53,326 nt of DNA, taken from positions 1-53,326 of the forward strand of contig JBCBJQ010000030.1 of the NCBI GenBank assembly GCA_038523235.1, in the 5' to 3' direction. Shown piece by piece: positions 48,090-53,326 of this stretch (the first letter of the stretch is position 1; every line of letters starts with the position of its first letter). A program made the position numbers and the translations under genes. The stretch comes from Cyanobacteria bacterium J06626_4 (GTDB lineage: Bacteria; Cyanobacteriota; Cyanobacteriia; Phormidesmidales; Phormidesmidaceae). A model generated the notes under the pieces. That model was not told the DNA's origin, did not search any database, and worked only from the letters and a program-made list of their open reading frames with translations.

Positions 48090-49220
48090 ATGAGCAAAAT
48101 TGTTGTGGGCCTCTCCGGCGGGGTCGATAGTTCTGTAGCCGCCGCAACATTGCATCATCAAGGTCATGACGTCATTGGTCTGACCCTTTGGTTGATGAAG
48201 GGCAAGGGCCAATGCTGCTCCGAAGGCATGGTCGATGCCGCTCAACTGTGTGAAGAGCTCGGCGTTCCCCACCACATTGTGGATAGCCGCGAAACGTTTC
48301 AGAGCAACATAGTGGATTATCTGGTGGCCGGTTACGAGGCGGGGATCACGCCGCTGCCTTGTTCACAGTGCAATCGCTCGGTGAAGTTCGGCCCCATGCT
48401 CCACTACGCTCGTACCGAGCTGGCGGCCGATGCGATCGCCACGGGCCACTATGCGCGGGTGCAATTTAACCCCGACACCCAGCGTCATGAGCTGCTGCGG
48501 GCAATTGATCGCAACAAAGATCAGTCTTACTTTCTTTATGACTTGACCCAGGAGATGTTGGCGTCGCTACATTTCCCGTTGGGGGAGCAAACCAAAGCGG
48601 AAACTCGTCGTCTAGCCAGTGAGTTAGGCCTGCACACGGCCACCAAGCCAGAAAGCCAAGACCTCTGCCTCGTCGAGCAACACGGCTCAATGGGCAGCTT
48701 TCTAGACAAATATCTCGGCCCGAAGCCGGGAGACATTGTCGATACTCAAGGACGGGTTTTAGGGCGTCATACGGGCATTCATCACTACACCATTGGCCAG
48801 CGTAAAGGCTTGGGTATCGCCGCCGCGCATCCCCTTTATGTGGTAGCCCTTGATGTTGGGCGTAACCAAGTGATTGTGGGCGATCGGGCCAGTGTTAACT
48901 ATCCTGACTGTACCGCCCACCGCGTAAACTGGGTTTCGATAGTGGCGCCCTCAGAGCCGCTGCGAGCAACAGTCCAAATTCGCTATCGCTCGGCAGCGGT
49001 CGCCGCGACGATTTGGCCCCTAGCGGAGGCCGCCTCCATGAGTTCGGCAGGGGCACGAGTCAAGGTCGTGTTCGATGAGCCGCAGTTTGGGGTGACGCCT
49101 GGCCAAGCGGCCGTCTGGTATGACGGCGATCGGGTTTTAGGGGGGGGCATCATTGAGCCCTTGCCAGTGCAGCACCGATTGGCGGCGGCCCTGGCGCAGA
49201 CGAGTCAGGCGGAATCATGA
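48090..49220 (+). CDS. mnmA: tRNA 2-thiouridylase MnmA
   Basis: [39 protein letters not shown]. Confidence 0.98.
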   Translation: MSKIVVGLSGGVDSSVAAATLHHQGHDVIGLTLWLMKGKGQCCSEGMVDAAQLCEELGVPHHIVDSRETFQSNIVDYLVAGYEAGITPLPCSQCNRSVKFGPMLHYARTELAADAIATGHYARVQFNPDTQRHELLRAIDRNKDQSYFLYDLTQEMLASLHFPLGEQTKAETRRLASELGLHTATKPESQDLCLVEQHGSMGSFLDKYLGPKPGDIVDTQGRVLGRHTGIHHYTIGQRKGLGIAAAHPLYVVALDVGRNQVIVGDRASVNYPDCTAHRVNWVSIVAPSEPLRATVQIRYRSAAVAATIWPLAEAASMSSAGARVKVVFDEPQFGVTPGQAAVWYDGDRVLGGGIIEPLPVQHRLAAALAQTSQAES

Positions 49221-49317
49221 TGCTAGTCGCTCAGACTCTCTCGGTGTAAATGCCGATTGCCATCCCGTGATTGGGCATATTGAACGCGACTACTGTGCAG
49301 TTTGAGAGGTCAATGTT

Positions 49318-50496
49318 TTGACAACGACACCCGAAATCAATAGCGCCCACGGGGGCACCCTAATTCACCGCATTGCTACCCCTGAAGCTCGTGAGAACTT
49401 TTTGGAAGCAGGCGCCTCGATGCCCCGTGTGGTGCTTGATGATCGCGCCGTTTCTGATTTAGTCATGATTGCGATCGGCGGGTTTAGCCCTCTAGACGGC
49501 TTTATGGGGCGCGCCGATTACGATACGGTGGTGACTGACATGCGCATGGCTAATGGCCTGCCGTGGGCGATCCCGGTCACCTTATCGGTAGATGCTGCGA
49601 TCGCTGATCCCCTGAAAGAAGGCACCCTGATTCGTCTCGATGACGCCCAGGGTGAATTTGTCGGGGTTTTAGAACTGACTGAAAAATACCGCTACGACAA
49701 AGCCAAAGAAGCGATCAACGTCTATCGCACCGACGAAGAAAAGCATCCCGGCGTCAAAGTGGTGTACGAGCAGGGTGCCGTCAATTTGGCTGGGCCGGTG
49801 TGGTTGTTAGAGCGCGATCCTCATCCGCTGTTTCCCAGCTATCAGATTGATCCCGCCGTCTCTCGGGTGATGTTTGCTGAGCGGGGCTGGAAGACTGTGG
49901 TGGGTTTTCAGACCCGCAACCCGATTCACCGCGCCCACGAATATATTCAAAAATGTGCTCTAGAAATTGTCGATGGCTTGTTCCTACATCCCCTTGTCGG
50001 GGCGACTAAGCAAGACGATATTCCCGCCGATGTGCGGATGCGGTGCTACGAAATTATGATGGAGCACTATTTTCCGCAAAATCGGGTGATTTTAGCGATT
50101 AACCCTTCAGCAATGCGGTACGCTGGCCCTAGAGAAGCTATTTTCCATGCTCTCGTCCGCAAAAATTATGGTTGCACGCACTTTATTGTGGGTCGTGATC
50201 ATGCTGGGGTGGGTGACTATTACGGCACTTACGATGCTCAGCACATCTTTGAGGAGTTTGGACCTGACGAGCTGGGTATCACTCCCCTAAAGTTTGAGCA
50301 TGCTTTTTACTGCACTCGCACCCACACGATGGCAACGACTAAAACCAGTCCTAGCCAACCCGAAGAGAGAGTGCATTTGTCGGGCACCAAAGTGCGTGAG
50401 ATGCTGCGTCGGGGCGAACTCCCCCCTCCTGAGTTTTCTCGCCCTGAAGTGGCTGCCGAACTGGCTCGAGCCATGCGGGTCGCTCAAGAAGTCTAG
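49318..50496 (+). CDS. sat: Sulfate adenylyltransferase
   Basis: [39 protein letters not shown]. Confidence 0.98.
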   Translation: MTTTPEINSAHGGTLIHRIATPEARENFLEAGASMPRVVLDDRAVSDLVMIAIGGFSPLDGFMGRADYDTVVTDMRMANGLPWAIPVTLSVDAAIADPLKEGTLIRLDDAQGEFVGVLELTEKYRYDKAKEAINVYRTDEEKHPGVKVVYEQGAVNLAGPVWLLERDPHPLFPSYQIDPAVSRVMFAERGWKTVVGFQTRNPIHRAHEYIQKCALEIVDGLFLHPLVGATKQDDIPADVRMRCYEIMMEHYFPQNRVILAINPSAMRYAGPREAIFHALVRKNYGCTHFIVGRDHAGVGDYYGTYDAQHIFEEFGPDELGITPLKFEHAFYCTRTHTMATTKTSPSQPEERVHLSGTKVREMLRRGELPPPEFSRPEVAAELARAMRVAQEV

Positions 50497-50514
50497 AAAA
50501 GGGACTGCCCTGCG

Positions 50515-52782
50515 GTGATGCTGGGACGACGAGATTTTTTGCAGCGGTTGAGTGCTGCCCTAGCGGTGCTCGGCATTACCGATATGACCCTGGCGGGCTG
50601 GTCTGCCGCTTACCAAACCGCCCTCGCTGAGTCAAATCGTTGTCTCGCCGTCCTCATCGGCATTAACGCTTATCCTGCTGGAGTGCGACAGGCGGAGCCG
50701 GTTGAGCGGTCTGCCTTCCTGCAAGGCGCGCTGATGGATGTGGAACTACAGCGAGAGCTGCTGATCAGTCGCTTTAGCGTTTTACCGTCCAACATTGTCA
50801 CATTAACGAACGACACTGCCACCGTTAACCAGATTCTGGAAACGATTCAAGGGCATTTGGTGGCCCAGGCGAAGCCAGGCGATACGGTCGTGGTGCACTT
50901 TAGTGGGTTAGGCGGTCAGGTGCAGTTGTCGTCAGGGGCGGCCACGACCGGCCGCTTACCGACGCTAGTGGCCGTCGACAGCCAGTTACCGTCTACTGCG
51001 GCAGCGGGCATTCAAGATTTGTTTGAAGAAAGCGTCGCTCAGCTGCTGCGGGGGCTGAAAGGTGTCAAGGTGCTGACGGTGATCGATGCGGGTACGGTTG
51101 CTCACCCGACCTTGCTGCGAGGTAACTTTCGAGTGCGATCGCGCCTCGTGACTCCTATGGGGGCTTGGCAGGCTCCCTTTGATACTCGTCTCACTGAGCC
51201 CCACCAGCCCTTAGATCAGCTGGCCACCAGTTGGCCGGGATATCTGTTGCGGGCGGGCTTGACCGGCACCCCTGTCCTCGAAGGCAGCTGGAAAGGCTTT
51301 AGCGCCGGGCTGTTTACCTATGCGTTAACGCAGCAACTCTGGACGAGCCTGCCCGCCCAAAAGCAGCAGTGGTTTATCTACAACGTTGATCGCAAATTAT
51401 CGGTCTGGACGGGGACTCACAAGTCCCCCCAACTGCGGGGTAAACAGGCCAGTAAAAAAACAGGTTTACCCCTACTATCAGGGCGGCTGCCCCAGCCCGC
51501 TGCCCACGGTGTCATTCAAACGATTGATACGCCCAACCGCACGGCGACTTTGTGGCTCGGGGGGCTACCAACGATATTGCTGCCTTACTGTGATTTGGGG
51601 CTGCAGCTGCAGCCTTTGCCGACCTTGCCTCAATCGACAGCGCTGCCCCAGGGCACGTTGACCGTTAAAGCGCTGGCCGGATTGCAGGCCAAAGCCGACC
51701 TGATGGCGCCTCAAGACTTATCAGTTGGGGTGCCGTTAGTGGAGATCGAGCGCCGGTTTCCCAAAGAGATTGTACTGACGATCGCCCTCGACCCCATCCT
51801 CGAGCGGATTGAACTGGTGGATGCCACCAGCGCCCTCGCCGGCTTGCCGTACATTATGACCACGGCCCCTGGCGAAAAACCGGTGGACTGTGTGTTTGGC
51901 AAGGGCTCGTTTATTCGCCGCTCGGTCGCCCAACTGACCGCCGACGAAGAGACCTCCGCGGCCAATCAGTCAGAGGATGCCGTCGCCCCCTCAGCCCAGC
52001 CTGGGTATGCCCTATTTAATCCTGAAGGGTCTTTGATTGCGGGAACTGCAGCAGAAGATGAAGAAGCTGTAAAAACTGCCGTCAGCCGCCTGCATGGGGC
52101 GCTGCGCAGTTTGTTGGCGGTCAAAATGCTGCGACTTACGGTGAACGCAATTGCCTCCCAACTGCCGCTCCGACTCACCTTGGAAACGCGCGCCCCTAAT
52201 GGTCAACTCTGGCTGCTTGAAGAGACCCTGCGATCGCGCCAACTAGCTAGTGCCGATTCCACCAATCCTCAGCGATTATCACCGACAGCGCGCGCGCTGA
52301 GCGATCGTGATGAACCGACTCAGCTGTGTCTGCTCAACTCCGGCGCGGTGCGGCTGTATTACCTCATCATCAGTGCGGCTGACAACAGTCGATTATCCGT
52401 GTATTGTCCGCCTGCCAGTGTGTCTGAGGGCAGTGAGCCCACCAGTAGCACCATCGCCGAGGCGAGTCGCCTACCGGCTCGGCAGGTAGTGGTGTTTCCC
52501 CAACTGCAAGATAGTGCCTTTTCCCTGCAGCCGCTGCCGACAATGGCGGTGTTTGCGATCGCGGCGACCCACCCCTTCACCGAAACTTGGAAAGCCATCC
52601 GCACTCCAGAGTTTCGCCCGCTGATCGATCAGTGGTCAACGGTGCCGGAACCGTTGGAGATGGCCAAAGCCTTATTTAACGATTTGAGCTATGCCAGTGC
52701 ACAATCAGCCGACGAGACCTCAGAAGACACCGACCCCTTGACCGTGCTGCGATCGTCGGCCTGGGCAACGCTGCCGCTTTAA
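50515..52782 (+). CDS. Caspase-family (C14) protein, likely inactive pseudo-orthocaspase
   Basis: GRRDFL Tat-like N-terminus; LIGINAY, HFSGLG, VIDAG, GLFTYAL. Confidence 0.85.
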   Translation: MMLGRRDFLQRLSAALAVLGITDMTLAGWSAAYQTALAESNRCLAVLIGINAYPAGVRQAEPVERSAFLQGALMDVELQRELLISRFSVLPSNIVTLTNDTATVNQILETIQGHLVAQAKPGDTVVVHFSGLGGQVQLSSGAATTGRLPTLVAVDSQLPSTAAAGIQDLFEESVAQLLRGLKGVKVLTVIDAGTVAHPTLLRGNFRVRSRLVTPMGAWQAPFDTRLTEPHQPLDQLATSWPGYLLRAGLTGTPVLEGSWKGFSAGLFTYALTQQLWTSLPAQKQQWFIYNVDRKLSVWTGTHKSPQLRGKQASKKTGLPLLSGRLPQPAAHGVIQTIDTPNRTATLWLGGLPTILLPYCDLGLQLQPLPTLPQSTALPQGTLTVKALAGLQAKADLMAPQDLSVGVPLVEIERRFPKEIVLTIALDPILERIELVDATSALAGLPYIMTTAPGEKPVDCVFGKGSFIRRSVAQLTADEETSAANQSEDAVAPSAQPGYALFNPEGSLIAGTAAEDEEAVKTAVSRLHGALRSLLAVKMLRLTVNAIASQLPLRLTLETRAPNGQLWLLEETLRSRQLASADSTNPQRLSPTARALSDRDEPTQLCLLNSGAVRLYYLIISAADNSRLSVYCPPASVSEGSEPTSSTIAEASRLPARQVVVFPQLQDSAFSLQPLPTMAVFAIAATHPFTETWKAIRTPEFRPLIDQWSTVPEPLEMAKALFNDLSYASAQSADETSEDTDPLTVLRSSAWATLPL

Positions 52783-53326
52783 TGCGTGAGCGAACAGTGC
52801 CGTTGCCGAATAGTGCTCCACCACGGCATTCAATATGCCGCAAAATACTTTTCGATAAGGGCAAGGCCCTACGGAATGCGGGGGGCGGCAGCCGGAATTG
52901 CTAGGCTGATTAGACTCCCCGTTCAGCAACCTGGCGTGACTTGATCAAAGTACGCTTGGCCATAAATCAGAGCACAAAAGTTGTCACGTCAAGATTCTTG
53001 AATCTCTTTTAGAAAAACAGCGTCTATCTTCCAAGGTGTACTACGAGAGCCATGAGTAGCAGCGTTAGAGGATAGATGGCTTGGGTATTCTGAAAGGGGG
53101 AAATCAGAAAATCTACTGACGAGCATGAGGCGCATCGTTAGCTTCCCACAGCTTCACTTTCAATGGATGGTGCCCTCGGCCAGTGGCCAGCTCACCTCAT
53201 CTTAGTCTGGTGTTAGCTGTGCGCTCTCAGTTGATGAAAGTTGCCCCAATTGAAACTTGAATAAGTAAGATTTCTTGTGTGAAGTTGTGCTCAATTTGAC
53301 TATTTTAATCTCTGAAAAATTGAACC

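Noticed and set aside
49318..50496. sat plus AprAB-like genes as a dissimilatory sulfur pathway
   Set aside because: sat lies 40 kb away among housekeeping genes and is the normal assimilatory enzyme; no dsr, qmo or aprM in the window

Overview
Cyanobacterial chromosome segment; frequent HIP1 octamers (GCGATCGC) and the gene set suggest a filamentous Leptolyngbya/Nodosilinea-like lineage, though the taxonomy is inference. Housekeeping genes (lexA, mnmG, mnmA, sat, nnrDE, 6S RNA, DUF3352, DUF362, STAS protein) surround three accessory modules. (1) 1.6-13.9 kb: a NitT/TauT ABC importer, a LysR regulator fused to a copy of the importer's binding domain, and an operon with an APS-reductase-like flavoprotein, 2x[4Fe-4S] ferredoxin, HEAT protein, Mrp Fe-S carrier and two putative sulfur-oxyanion exporters (TauE, YeiH). 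(2) 14.7-21.9 kb: a second ABC importer with three amidohydrolases (AtzF-like, M20, BiuH/TrtA-like) whose specificity residues diverge. The three promoter regions of modules 1 and 2 share a tandem LysR-type box plus an NtcA-like site, suggesting one nitrogen-scavenging regulon for an unknown N(-S) compound. (3) 32.2-43.2 kb, the most striking module: a divergent haem island with a membrane-anchored tandem globin, two coupled multihaem c cytochromes (5+6 haem motifs, one CX4CH), a DUF3365 haem-c lipoprotein, a 4-His membrane protein, a second globin, a thioredoxin, its own CcsB/CcsA maturation genes and a Tat Rieske lipoprotein, with NtcA-like sites in the shared promoter. All functional calls come from motif recognition only; no database searches were run.
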